A program made the position numbers and the translations under genes. Below, piece by piece: positions 29,348-38,136 of a DNA stretch of 64,000 nt (position 1 is its first letter; every line of letters starts with the position of its first letter). The notes under the pieces were generated by a model. That model did no database searches. It was not told the DNA's origin and saw only the letters and a program-made list of their open reading frames with translations. Source of the stretch: an uncultured Gemmatimonadales bacterium (lineage in GTDB: Bacteria; Gemmatimonadota; Gemmatimonadetes; Gemmatimonadales; GWC2-71-9); NCBI GenBank assembly GCA_963779755.1, contig CAVZZO010000001.1:1760001-1824000 (forward strand). Direction: 5' to 3'.

Positions 29348-29737
29348 ATGAAATCGCTTCGCGCCGTGGCCCTGGCCGGGCTGGCCGTGGCGCTGGCCGG
29401 CTGCGGCAAATCCGATGGCACCGGACCCGTCGCCGGACTGCTCACCGTTACGCTGAGCACCAGCAGCGCCAACACCGGGGCCCTGATGTTTACCGTGAGC
29501 GGCGGCCCGATCGATGCCGTCAACGCGACGGGATACCGGACGTACCAGACCGCCGTCAATTCGACCTCGCGCCGCATCATCCTTACCGGTGACATTGGCG
29601 CCGGTACGGTGGTCCAGCTCCAGGTGCCGGATATCAACCAGGCCGCCAGCTATACCGCCCAGGTGGAGCAGGCCGCCGACCGGACCACCTATCTGCCGCT
29701 TGCCGGGGGGTACTCGCTCAGCGTCCAGAGGCAATAA
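29348..29737 (+). CDS. Small beta-rich lipoprotein
   Basis: Lipobox LAGC; AGGAG SD; 3 nt after the protease stop. Confidence 0.8.
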   Translation: MKSLRAVALAGLAVALAGCGKSDGTGPVAGLLTVTLSTSSANTGALMFTVSGGPIDAVNATGYRTYQTAVNSTSRRIILTGDIGAGTVVQLQVPDINQAASYTAQVEQAADRTTYLPLAGGYSLSVQRQ

Positions 29738-29833
29738 TCCCCTGCCGGTGCGCCGCCGCCGCCCGTCGCTGCACGGCCGGTGGCGGCGCATCCCGCATTC
29801 CCCTCTCCGCGTTCCATCCCCTATCTTGTAGTC

Positions 29834-30316
29834 ATGTTCACCGACAACCCGCGGCAAACGGTTCCCGCCGGGACGGTCCGGTTGCGGGCCGCCGCCGCCG
29901 GCGACCTGGCCGGGGTAATGCAAGTGGTGAAGAGCGCCGGGCTCATTACCGGCGGCCTGGAGGATCAGTTCCCCGGTGCCTATGTCGTGGCGGTGGCCGA
30001 CGCCGACACGGTTGGTGCTGCCGGCCTGGAAGTCTACGGGCGGAGCGGCTTCCTCCGGTCCGTTGCCGTCCGCAACGACTGGCGCGGGGCCGGTCTGGGC
30101 CGTCGGCTGGTGGCCGACCGGCTGGCTGCCGCCCGTGCGCTGCACCTGGACGCCGTCTACCTGCTCACCGACACGGCCGCCGGGTTCTTCCGCCGTGAAG
30201 GGTTCCTGCCCCTGTCCCGCGAGGCCGTCCCCGCCGAAGTTCGCGCGGCACCGGAATTTGCCTCGCTGTGTCCGGCCAGCTCTCACGTTCTGGGGTTCTC
30301 CCTGGGTGCGCCATGA
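29834..30316 (+). CDS. GNAT N-acetyltransferase, ArsN2/ArgA-like
   Basis: [15 protein letters not shown]...[24 protein letters not shown]. Confidence 0.85.
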   Translation: MFTDNPRQTVPAGTVRLRAAAAGDLAGVMQVVKSAGLITGGLEDQFPGAYVVAVADADTVGAAGLEVYGRSGFLRSVAVRNDWRGAGLGRRLVADRLAAARALHLDAVYLLTDTAAGFFRREGFLPLSREAVPAEVRAAPEFASLCPASSHVLGFSLGAP

Positions 30317-30771
30317 CCGAACTGCTCGTGAACGGCAAACACCTCCGCACCAGCGCTCCTCCCGACACCCCGCTACTCTGGGTGCTGCGCGATGAGCTGG
30401 GGCTTACCGGCACCAAGTTCGGCTGCGGCGCCGGTTTCTGCGGCGCCTGCACCGTGCATCTCGACGGGACGGCGGTGCGCAGCTGCCAGCTGCCGTTGAG
30501 CCAGGTGGCGGGGCGCCGGATCACCACGATCGAAGGCCTCTCGCTGGAGGGCAATCATCCGGTGCAGCGCGCCTGGTTGGAGATGCAGGTGCCGCAGTGC
30601 GGCTATTGCCAGTCGGGCCAGATCATGACGGCAGCGGCCCTGCTCGCTTCCAATCCCCATCCCAGCGAGGCCGAGATCGGCACGGCCATGGCGGGGAACC
30701 TCTGTCGCTGCGGCACCTACCAGCGGATCCGGCAGGCGCTGCAACGCGCGTCAAAGGGAGGTGCGGCATGA
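30313..30771 (+). CDS. 2Fe-2S subunit of a xanthine/isoquinoline oxidoreductase family enzyme (IorA-like)
   Basis: [35 protein letters not shown]. Confidence 0.93.
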   Translation: MTELLVNGKHLRTSAPPDTPLLWVLRDELGLTGTKFGCGAGFCGACTVHLDGTAVRSCQLPLSQVAGRRITTIEGLSLEGNHPVQRAWLEMQVPQCGYCQSGQIMTAAALLASNPHPSEAEIGTAMAGNLCRCGTYQRIRQALQRASKGGAA

Positions 30772-32915
30772 CCGGCCTCTCTCGCCGCGACTTTGTGCAG
30801 GCCGGCACCGCGGCGGCCGGCGGGCTGCTCCTCGCCTTCTATCTGCCGGGGTGCCGTCGTCCTCCCGGCGCGGCGGCCGCGACGCCCTTCGAGCCCAATG
30901 CCTGGCTGCGGATCGCGCCGGACGAGACGGTTACGGTAATCGTTGCCCATTCGGAGATGGGCCAGGGGGTGCTGACCTCGCTGCCCATGCTGGTGGCCGA
31001 GGAGCTGGACGCGGACTGGGCCGCCATCCGGGTGGAGCAGGCGCCCGCCACCGCGGCCTACGCCGGCGGCTCGGGCATGCAGATGACCGGCGGGAGCAGC
31101 AGCGTCCGGACCTCGTGGGAGCCGCTGCGCCGGGCGGGCGCCACGGCGCGCCGGATGCTGATCGTCGCCGCGGCGCAGGAATGGGAGGTGGAGCCCGATT
31201 CCCTCCTCACCCAGCCCGGCATGGTGGTGCACCCGGCGAAGAGGCTGCGCGCCACCTACGGGTCGCTGGTGGGCCGCGCCGCCTCGGTGCCGGTGCCGCA
31301 GGAGGTGCCGCTCAAGGATCCGAAAGACTTCCGCATCATCGGCCGGGCCGAGCCCCGGGTGGACGGCCTGGACAAGGTGACCGGCCGAGCCATCTTCGGC
31401 CTCGATGTCCGCCGGCCCGGCCTGCTCACCGCCTGCATCGCCCGCTGCCCCGTCTTCGGTGGCCGCAGCAGGAGCTACGACGCCACCGCGGCCCGGGCGG
31501 TGCCGGGCGTGCGCCAGGTGGTGCAGGTCTCCAGCGGTATCGCCGTCATCGCGCGGGGGTATTGGGCCGCCCGCAAGGGTGTCGAGGCGCTGCAGGTTAC
31601 CTGGGACGAGGGGCCGCTGGCGACGCTGGACAGCGAGGCCGTCACCGCGCGCTTCCAGGCGCTGGCCCGGCGGGGGGGCACGATTGCCCATCGCGCCGGG
31701 AACCCCCGCCTGGCGCTGCGCCGTGCGGCGAAACGGCTCAGCGCCGACTACGAACTGCCGTACCTCGCGCATGCCACCATGGAGCCCATGAACTGCACCG
31801 CCGACGTCCGCGCCGACGGCGCCGATCTCTGGGTGCCCACCCAATTCCAGCAGGGCCCGGGCAGCGGCACGCTGGGCGTCGCGGCGAAGCTCACCGGGCT
31901 CCCCGCCTCCAGCATCACCGTGCACACCACGCTGCTGGGCGGCGGGTTCGGCCGCCGGGCAGAGACCGACTTCGTGACCGAAGCGGTGGAGTGCTCCAAG
32001 GCGGTGCAGGCGCCGGTGATGGTGGTCTGGTCGCGGGAAGACGACATGCGTCACGACTTCTACCGGCCCGCGTCCTATCACCAGCTGGCGGCGGGGCTGG
32101 ATCGCAAGGGCGCCCCCGTGGCCTGGACCCACCGGATCGTCTCGCCGTCGATCATGGCGCGCTGGGGCGGGGTCTTCGGGGGCGCTCCCCGGGGCGCCGA
32201 TCCCACCTCGGTGGAGGGAGCGGCGAATCTGCCCTACGCCATCCCCGCGCTGCAGGTGGATTATGTGCAGGCCGACGTAGGGGTCCCGGTCGGGTTCTGG
32301 CGCTCGGTGGGCAATTCCCAGAACGCCTTCGTGGTCGAAAGTTTCGTGGACGAGCTGGCGCACGCCGCCGGCGCCGATCCGGTCGAATGGCGCCGCGGGC
32401 TGCTGGCCGCGCATCCCCGGCACCTGGGGGTACTCGAACTGGCGGCGGAGAAAGCAGGGTGGGGAACCCCCGCACCGCAGGAACGCGCCCGCGGGGTGGC
32501 GGTGGTGGAGTCGTTCGGCAGCTATGTCGCGCAGATCGCCGAGGTGTCGGTCGGAGGCGCCGGGGTGCAGGTGCATCGCGTCGTCTGCGCGGTGGACTGC
32601 GGGCAGTATGTGAATCCCGATACCATCCGGGCGCAGATGGAAGGCGCCATCGTCTTCGGGCTCACCGCCGCGCTCTACGGCGAGATCACCCTGCAGGGCG
32701 GCCGGGTGGTGCAGGGGAACTTCGACGGCTATCCGCTGCTCCGGCTGGATCACATGCCGGTGGTGGAGGTGCACATCGTCCAGAGCTCCGAAGCGCCGGG
32801 CGGCGTGGGCGAGCCGGGCACGCCGCCCATCGCGCCGGCGGTGGCCAATGCGGTCTTCGCCGCCACCGGGCGCCGCATCCGGCGGCTGCCGCTGCAGAAG
32901 GAGTTGGCGGGGTGA
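30768..32915 (+). CDS. Molybdopterin-binding subunit, isoquinoline 1-oxidoreductase beta-like (IorB), Tat-exported
   Basis: [50 protein letters not shown]. Confidence 0.93.
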   Translation: MTGLSRRDFVQAGTAAAGGLLLAFYLPGCRRPPGAAAATPFEPNAWLRIAPDETVTVIVAHSEMGQGVLTSLPMLVAEELDADWAAIRVEQAPATAAYAGGSGMQMTGGSSSVRTSWEPLRRAGATARRMLIVAAAQEWEVEPDSLLTQPGMVVHPAKRLRATYGSLVGRAASVPVPQEVPLKDPKDFRIIGRAEPRVDGLDKVTGRAIFGLDVRRPGLLTACIARCPVFGGRSRSYDATAARAVPGVRQVVQVSSGIAVIARGYWAARKGVEALQVTWDEGPLATLDSEAVTARFQALARRGGTIAHRAGNPRLALRRAAKRLSADYELPYLAHATMEPMNCTADVRADGADLWVPTQFQQGPGSGTLGVAAKLTGLPASSITVHTTLLGGGFGRRAETDFVTEAVECSKAVQAPVMVVWSREDDMRHDFYRPASYHQLAAGLDRKGAPVAWTHRIVSPSIMARWGGVFGGAPRGADPTSVEGAANLPYAIPALQVDYVQADVGVPVGFWRSVGNSQNAFVVESFVDELAHAAGADPVEWRRGLLAAHPRHLGVLELAAEKAGWGTPAPQERARGVAVVESFGSYVAQIAEVSVGGAGVQVHRVVCAVDCGQYVNPDTIRAQMEGAIVFGLTAALYGEITLQGGRVVQGNFDGYPLLRLDHMPVVEVHIVQSSEAPGGVGEPGTPPIAPAVANAVFAATGRRIRRLPLQKELAG

Positions 32916-32973
32916 AACCGTTCCCGTTTCCCTTTTCCCGCCGTCGGCTTCTCGCTAGTTTCTCCCCTCCGTG

Positions 32974-33046
32974 GGGGCGGTAGCTCAGCTGGGAGAGCAC
33001 CTGGTTTGCATCCAGGGGGTCGTGGGTTCGAATCCCATCCGCTCCA
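32974..33046 (+). tRNA. tRNA-Ala (anticodon TGC); CCA not encoded
   Basis: GGGGCGG/CCGCTCC acceptor stem with G3:U70; TAGCTCAG..GG D arm; CCTGG-TTTGCAT-CCAGG anticodon arm; GTTCGAATC T loop. Confidence 0.97.
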
Positions 33047-33111
33047 TTCACGACGGCAAGACGGCCCTGAAGGCCTTCCTCGCGGCCTTTTCAGTGGAGA
33101 GCCGCTCCTTC

Positions 33112-33170
33112 GCAGGACGGCAGGACGGCAGGTGACCCGTTCACCGTTCACCGCCTACCGTTCACCGTCC
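33112..33170. repeat. Short tandem repeats (CAGGACGG x2; CCGTTCA-type x4)
   Basis: Direct reading. Confidence 0.65.
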
Positions 33171-33172
33171 CC

Positions 33173-34483
33173 ATGGTCTCACTCACCCAAAGCTATCTCC
33201 TGCTCGCGGCCGGCAGTCTCCTCCTCGCCGACCGCCGGCGGCGCTACGCCGCGCTGATCGGCGTGATCGCGGTGGCGCTGGCAATCGCCGCCTTCGACGT
33301 GCGCAACCGGATCCTGGCCGGAACGGGCCCCGTTGATCTCGCGCCCGCGGGGCTGAGCTTCCTCCGCATCAATCTGGGCCTGCTGCTTGTCGGCCTGGCG
33401 GTTGCTCTGGGCGCCGCGTTACGTGACGCCGTCACGGTCCAGGCCGAGCGGGCGTGGAGCGCGCTGGGGGCGCTGCTGGTGGCGGCGGCGGTAAGCCTCC
33501 TGATCTGGCGCGAATGGGCCGGGCTGAGCCTGGCCCCCTGGAGGGCCGCGCTGGGCGTTGCCCTGCTGCTCGCTGCCGGAGCGATGGCCGCCGCCCTCGT
33601 GGTGGGCATGCTGCGGATCGGGCCCGCGGTGAACTGGCTGGACGACCGGGTGCTCAGCCGCTCCCCGGCGTCGCCACCGCTGCTGCTCGACTGGGGCCGG
33701 ATGATCGCAAGCTGGGCGGCGCTGGCGCTTGGCACCGGCCTCGTCGTCTGGGCTCCGCATCTCCATCTGGTGGTGGCCGGGGCCTTCCTTGCCGCTGTCG
33801 CGGCGCACCTCCTGTGGCGGGCACAAGGACGGGGCACGCCGGTGCCGCTGCTCCCGCTGGCCATGCTCCCGCTGCTGGTCTTCGCCGACCGGGTCGGTAC
33901 TATCGCGGGGCCCGTCGGCCTGTCACTGAGCGCGCTGTCGGGCGGCCCGTTCAGTCCCGCCGCGCAGGCCTGGCTGCTGCCCTGGCTGCTCATCCCGGTC
34001 TGGGCCTGGACCGGATTCTGGCCGCTGCACGGCCTGGTGCCGGCGGGGGCGGGGCGGGTGGTCGGCGGCCTGTTGCTCTGGCGGCTGGGGGTGCAGCTGT
34101 TGCCCGACGGCGTCCTGCACTGGCAGCCGCTGGCCGCCGCGGTCATCGTGGTCGGGATGGGCCACGCCGCCGCCACACGGCGCATTTCGGCGGGCGTGCT
34201 GGCCCTGGCGGTGTTCGGCCTTATCAGCCGCGCGCCGGCGGGTCCGCACGGCGGGATCTGGCTGCTGGCGTTCTGTGCGGTCCTTCCTTTCACCCGCTTC
34301 TGGGAACCGCTGCTGCCTCCCCTGCCCACGCGCATTGTGCGTCTGGCCTGGCTGCTGCCCGCCTGGGCGCTGCTGCTGGTGCTGCGCGGCGGACTCTCGA
34401 GCCAGGTTCTTCTCACGGTGCTGCTCGCGGCCGGTGCAGCGGCATTGCTGTGGAACGCGCGCTTTACCGCGCGGGCAGAGTGA
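33173..34483 (+). CDS. Polytopic membrane protein of unknown function
   Basis: More than 10 hydrophobic segments; FWPLHGLVP. Confidence 0.7.
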   Translation: MVSLTQSYLLLAAGSLLLADRRRRYAALIGVIAVALAIAAFDVRNRILAGTGPVDLAPAGLSFLRINLGLLLVGLAVALGAALRDAVTVQAERAWSALGALLVAAAVSLLIWREWAGLSLAPWRAALGVALLLAAGAMAAALVVGMLRIGPAVNWLDDRVLSRSPASPPLLLDWGRMIASWAALALGTGLVVWAPHLHLVVAGAFLAAVAAHLLWRAQGRGTPVPLLPLAMLPLLVFADRVGTIAGPVGLSLSALSGGPFSPAAQAWLLPWLLIPVWAWTGFWPLHGLVPAGAGRVVGGLLLWRLGVQLLPDGVLHWQPLAAAVIVVGMGHAAATRRISAGVLALAVFGLISRAPAGPHGGIWLLAFCAVLPFTRFWEPLLPPLPTRIVRLAWLLPAWALLLVLRGGLSSQVLLTVLLAAGAAALLWNARFTARAE

Positions 34484-34557
34484 CTCCCCTCACACCTTCC
34501 TGACCCGCGGTTCGCTATGCTGGATCGCGGGCCGGCCGCGGGGAGGAAGGAGGAGGC

Positions 34558-34950
34558 ATGATACTCTGGACCTGGATGCTCACGCTGGGAATCGCGTTTA
34601 TCATCAGCCTGCTGTTCATCGGCCCGCTGGGGTGGCGCCGCACCGAAGAGGATACGCTCTGGTCGAGCGCGCTGTTTCTGTTCGTGCTCACTCTGGGCTT
34701 TGTGTGGCTGGCGGCCATCTGGGTCCGCCCCATCGGACCGACGATTGCCGGCATCGCCTGGATTCCGCTGATCGTGGCGGGGCTGCTGGTGGCCCTGGTA
34801 CTCGCGGTCGCCACGCCGGGCCGGCCGCGGCCGCGCGGTGCGTTGCCGTCCACCGAAGAGCCGCCGTCGGCGGGCGCGCTGGGCGCCTTCTTCTGGGTAC
34901 TGGCGCTGGTGGTTATCCTGGCACTGGTAGCGGGCTACCGGGCGGGCTGA
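34558..34950 (+). CDS. Small 4-TM membrane protein
   Basis: Strong GGAGG SD; four hydrophobic segments. Confidence 0.8.
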   Translation: MILWTWMLTLGIAFIISLLFIGPLGWRRTEEDTLWSSALFLFVLTLGFVWLAAIWVRPIGPTIAGIAWIPLIVAGLLVALVLAVATPGRPRPRGALPSTEEPPSAGALGAFFWVLALVVILALVAGYRAG

Positions 34951-34966
34951 GCGCCGTCACGCGGCG

Positions 34967-34995
34967 TTGACCGCCTTTTCAAACGCGTCCATATT
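34967..34995 (+). promoter_or_regulatory. Putative sigma70 promoter of sodA
   Basis: TTGACC-17-CATATT. Confidence 0.5.
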
Positions 34996-35062
34996 GCGAA
35001 CCCCCGCTGCAGCAGCGAGTGGCTCGACCGTCTTTTCATGTGTCTGACAGGAGTTCCCTCTT

Positions 35063-35677
35063 ATGGCCTTTTCACTGCCCCCGCTTCCCTACGCCTACAA
35101 CGCCCTGGAGCCGCACATCGACGAGCGGACGATGCAGATCCATCACGACAAGCACCACCAGGGCTACGTGACCAAACTCAACGCAGCGCTGGAAGGTCAT
35201 GCCGATCTGCAGAAGAAGTCGCTGGATGAGCTGATCTCCAACCTCGATGCCGTACCGGAGAACATCCGGACCGCCGTGCGCAACAACGGCGGCGGCCACT
35301 CGAACCACAGCCTGTTCTGGGTCATCATGACCCCGGGCGGCTCCTCCAAACCCACCGGCGCGCTCGCTCCGGCCATCAACGATGCCTTCAAGGGGCTCGA
35401 TGCGTTCAAGGAGCAATTCGGCGCCGCGGCGGCGGGCCGGTTCGGCAGCGGCTGGGCCTGGCTGGTGCTGGACAACCAGGGCAAGCTGGGCATCGAGAGC
35501 ACGCCCAACCAGGACAGTCCGCTCATGGTGGGCAAGCTGCCGGTCATGGGCATCGACGTCTGGGAACATGCGTACTACCTCAAGTACCAGAACAAGCGCG
35601 CGGATTACATCGCCGCGTGGTGGAATGTGGTGAACTGGGACGAGGTCGGTAAACGCTACGACACGCTCCGCAAGTAG
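35063..35677 (+). CDS. sodA: Superoxide dismutase, Mn/Fe family (Mn-type signature)
   Basis: [48 protein letters not shown]. Confidence 0.96.
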   Translation: MAFSLPPLPYAYNALEPHIDERTMQIHHDKHHQGYVTKLNAALEGHADLQKKSLDELISNLDAVPENIRTAVRNNGGGHSNHSLFWVIMTPGGSSKPTGALAPAINDAFKGLDAFKEQFGAAAAGRFGSGWAWLVLDNQGKLGIESTPNQDSPLMVGKLPVMGIDVWEHAYYLKYQNKRADYIAAWWNVVNWDEVGKRYDTLRK

Positions 35678-35685
35678 GCTTACGC

Positions 35686-35719
35686 GCCGGGGAGCCCGCG
35701 CGGTTCCCCGGCATTCTTC
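35686..35719 (+). terminator. Putative intrinsic terminator after sodA
   Basis: GCCGGGGAGCC...GGTTCCCCGGC followed by ATTCTT. Confidence 0.55.
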
Positions 35720-35919
35720 CCCCTGTTCGCCCCCGATGCCTGTGTCCCTGCCGTCTGTCGCATCCTGCGTCCGATTCTTCGCTCCCCTCCGCCTCGGGCG
35801 AGACGGTGCATCTCGCGGACTTGCGCGGCCCCGATGTCCCGCTCGCGTTTTTCCCGGGGCGTTTACCTCCGCGTCCCCCGCCGAGCTGTGCGCGTGACGT
35901 TTCCTCCCCGTCCCTGCTG

Positions 35920-38136
35920 ATGGCCGTGCCTTCGCCCGGCCTGCTGAGCCGCGGTGACAAGTGGTATCTTGGCGCCGGTGACGGTCTGGTCTGGGCGCCG
36001 CCCTTTCCTCTCTGGCACGAGACCCCGGGGTTCTGGGACGAGGCCCACCTGCTGCAGTATCCCGTCGGCCCCCTGTTTACCGTCAGTGTGCTTCCCGCCG
36101 GTCCGCCGCTGCGCGCGGAGGAGTTCGACTGGTCGCCCGCCGGCCTGCGGCTGCGCTACCACATGGCGCCTCGCCTGCAGGCGGTGGAACGCCGCTCCGC
36201 CCCGGGCGACCGGATTCTGGCCTCCGAATGGCAGTTCACCTGGAAAGGGGCGCGCGCCCGGACGCTCGACCTCGTCCTCTGGACCGCCGTCGACGGGGAA
36301 CTGGTGGCAGAGGACGGCGTCGAAGAAGAGAAGTCCGGCCTGGTGCTGCGCCGCCGGGCCCGCGACCGCAAGGGGCAGGAGCTGGCCCTGCGGCTCACCT
36401 ACCGCATTACCGGCGGCCACCAGAGCTGGGGCGCCTACCGCTCCGAGCCCTCCGCGCCCATTCCCGACTACCGGCTCACCCCGTTCTACGACCGGGAAGC
36501 GGGCGAACCGCCGCTGCGCAACGAGGCGCGGCTCGGCGGCATCGATGCGCGGGGCCTGGTCTACGTCGGGCTGCACCGGCGGCTGAACCTGCGCGCCGGG
36601 CGCAGTGCCAGGCTGGCGGCCGCGGTGGAAATCACGCCCGAAGACCTTCCGGTGCCGCGCAATACCACGCCCGCGCGGGCGATGTCACGCGGCGCCGCGA
36701 CCCGCGCGGAGCAGAGCTGGAAATCCTTCTGTGGCGAGGTGCCCCGCTTTTCCTGTTCGGACGAGCGCTGGGAGCGCTACTGGTGGTATCGCTGGTATGG
36801 CCTCCGGCTCAACGGGGTGCCCGCCGGCCTGGGCCAGTATCGCGCGCCTTCGGTATGTGAGGGAATCGGCTATTTCCATCAGCCGATCAGCTATTCCGCC
36901 ATGTGCCATGCGCGCGAAGTGCGCTGGCATGCCGATCCGGCCTGGGCCCGCGGCGTCATCGACACCTTCTTCGACCGGCAGCGGGAGGACGGCTCGGTAC
37001 CGGGCCGGGTGTATCTCGATCACCTGCAGGAAGCCGATTTCTATCACGCCGACTGGGGGCGGGCGGTAGCGGACGTTGACCGGGTCGCGCCTGATGCCGG
37101 GTGGCTGGCCACGCTGCGCCCCCGCCTGGCGCGCTACGGCGAGTGGCTGGCCGGCACCCGCGACAGCGGCCGGACCGGCATGATCGACGTGACCGATCAA
37201 TACGAGACCGGACAGGAGTACATGTCCCGCTACCAGGCCGTCGATCCCGAAGCCGACCGCCACGGCTGGGAGCATCGCCTCCGGCTCAAGGGCATCGACG
37301 TGACGGTCTATGCCTATCGTCTCTTCCGGCTGCTGGAACGCACCGGCACCGACGCTGCCGAGCGCGCCGGCTGGCGGGAGCGCGCGGAACGCACCCGCAC
37401 CGCCGTGCGGGATCAGATGTGGGATGACGAGGCCGGCATGTTCAGCGATGTGGATCCGGCGTCCGGCCGGCGCACCGGGGTGAAGGCGGCGGTGTGTTTC
37501 TATCCCTATCTGACCGACCTGGTGGACGAACGGCACCTCGGCGGCCTGGAACGCCACCTCTTCAATCCCGACGAGTTCTGGACGCCCTACCCGGTGCCCA
37601 GCTCGAGCCGCGAGGATCCCCGCTTCAGCCCCGACGCGGAGTGGAACGGCAAACGCCACGCCTGCCCCTGGAACGGGCGGGTGTGGCCCATGACGAACAG
37701 CCACATGGTCGATGCGGTGGCGCGGGCGGTGCGCCACGGCCGGCCCCGCTGGGCCTCGAAGCTGGCCCACCTGCTGGAGCGGTTCATCAGCATGATGTCG
37801 TTCGAGGGTGATGCCGAGCGGCCCAACTGCTTCGAGCATTACCATCCGTTGACCGGCCGGGCCAGTGTCTATCGCGGCATTGACGACTACCAGCACTCCT
37901 GGGTCAATGATCTGCTGCTGCGCCATGCGGCCGGCGTCCTCCCGCGCGGCGCCGAGGGGGTCACCATCCAGCCCATTCCGCTGGGACGCACGGTCGAGGT
38001 GTCCGGGCTCCTCCTGGCGGGCCACCAGGTCGAGGTGCGGGTGATGGACGGCGATCGGGGCACCGCCGACGTTCGGGTGGACGGCCACGCCGCCGGCCGC
38101 GCCACCTTCGATCAGCCGCTGGAGATCGCCTGGTGA
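35920..38136 (+). CDS. (alpha/alpha)6 glycoside hydrolase, MGH1/GH63-like; start uncertain (35806-35920)
   Basis: YETGQE, MWD...GMF.D, FNPDEFWTPYPVPS, WNGRVWP.TN, FEHYHP.TG. Confidence 0.75.
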   Translation: MAVPSPGLLSRGDKWYLGAGDGLVWAPPFPLWHETPGFWDEAHLLQYPVGPLFTVSVLPAGPPLRAEEFDWSPAGLRLRYHMAPRLQAVERRSAPGDRILASEWQFTWKGARARTLDLVLWTAVDGELVAEDGVEEEKSGLVLRRRARDRKGQELALRLTYRITGGHQSWGAYRSEPSAPIPDYRLTPFYDREAGEPPLRNEARLGGIDARGLVYVGLHRRLNLRAGRSARLAAAVEITPEDLPVPRNTTPARAMSRGAATRAEQSWKSFCGEVPRFSCSDERWERYWWYRWYGLRLNGVPAGLGQYRAPSVCEGIGYFHQPISYSAMCHAREVRWHADPAWARGVIDTFFDRQREDGSVPGRVYLDHLQEADFYHADWGRAVADVDRVAPDAGWLATLRPRLARYGEWLAGTRDSGRTGMIDVTDQYETGQEYMSRYQAVDPEADRHGWEHRLRLKGIDVTVYAYRLFRLLERTGTDAAERAGWRERAERTRTAVRDQMWDDEAGMFSDVDPASGRRTGVKAAVCFYPYLTDLVDERHLGGLERHLFNPDEFWTPYPVPSSSREDPRFSPDAEWNGKRHACPWNGRVWPMTNSHMVDAVARAVRHGRPRWASKLAHLLERFISMMSFEGDAERPNCFEHYHPLTGRASVYRGIDDYQHSWVNDLLLRHAAGVLPRGAEGVTIQPIPLGRTVEVSGLLLAGHQVEVRVMDGDRGTADVRVDGHAAGRATFDQPLEIAW

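Noticed and set aside
32974..34950. Genomic island integrated at tRNA-Ala
   Set aside because: No integrase, no duplicated tRNA 3' end seen, no obvious compositional shift
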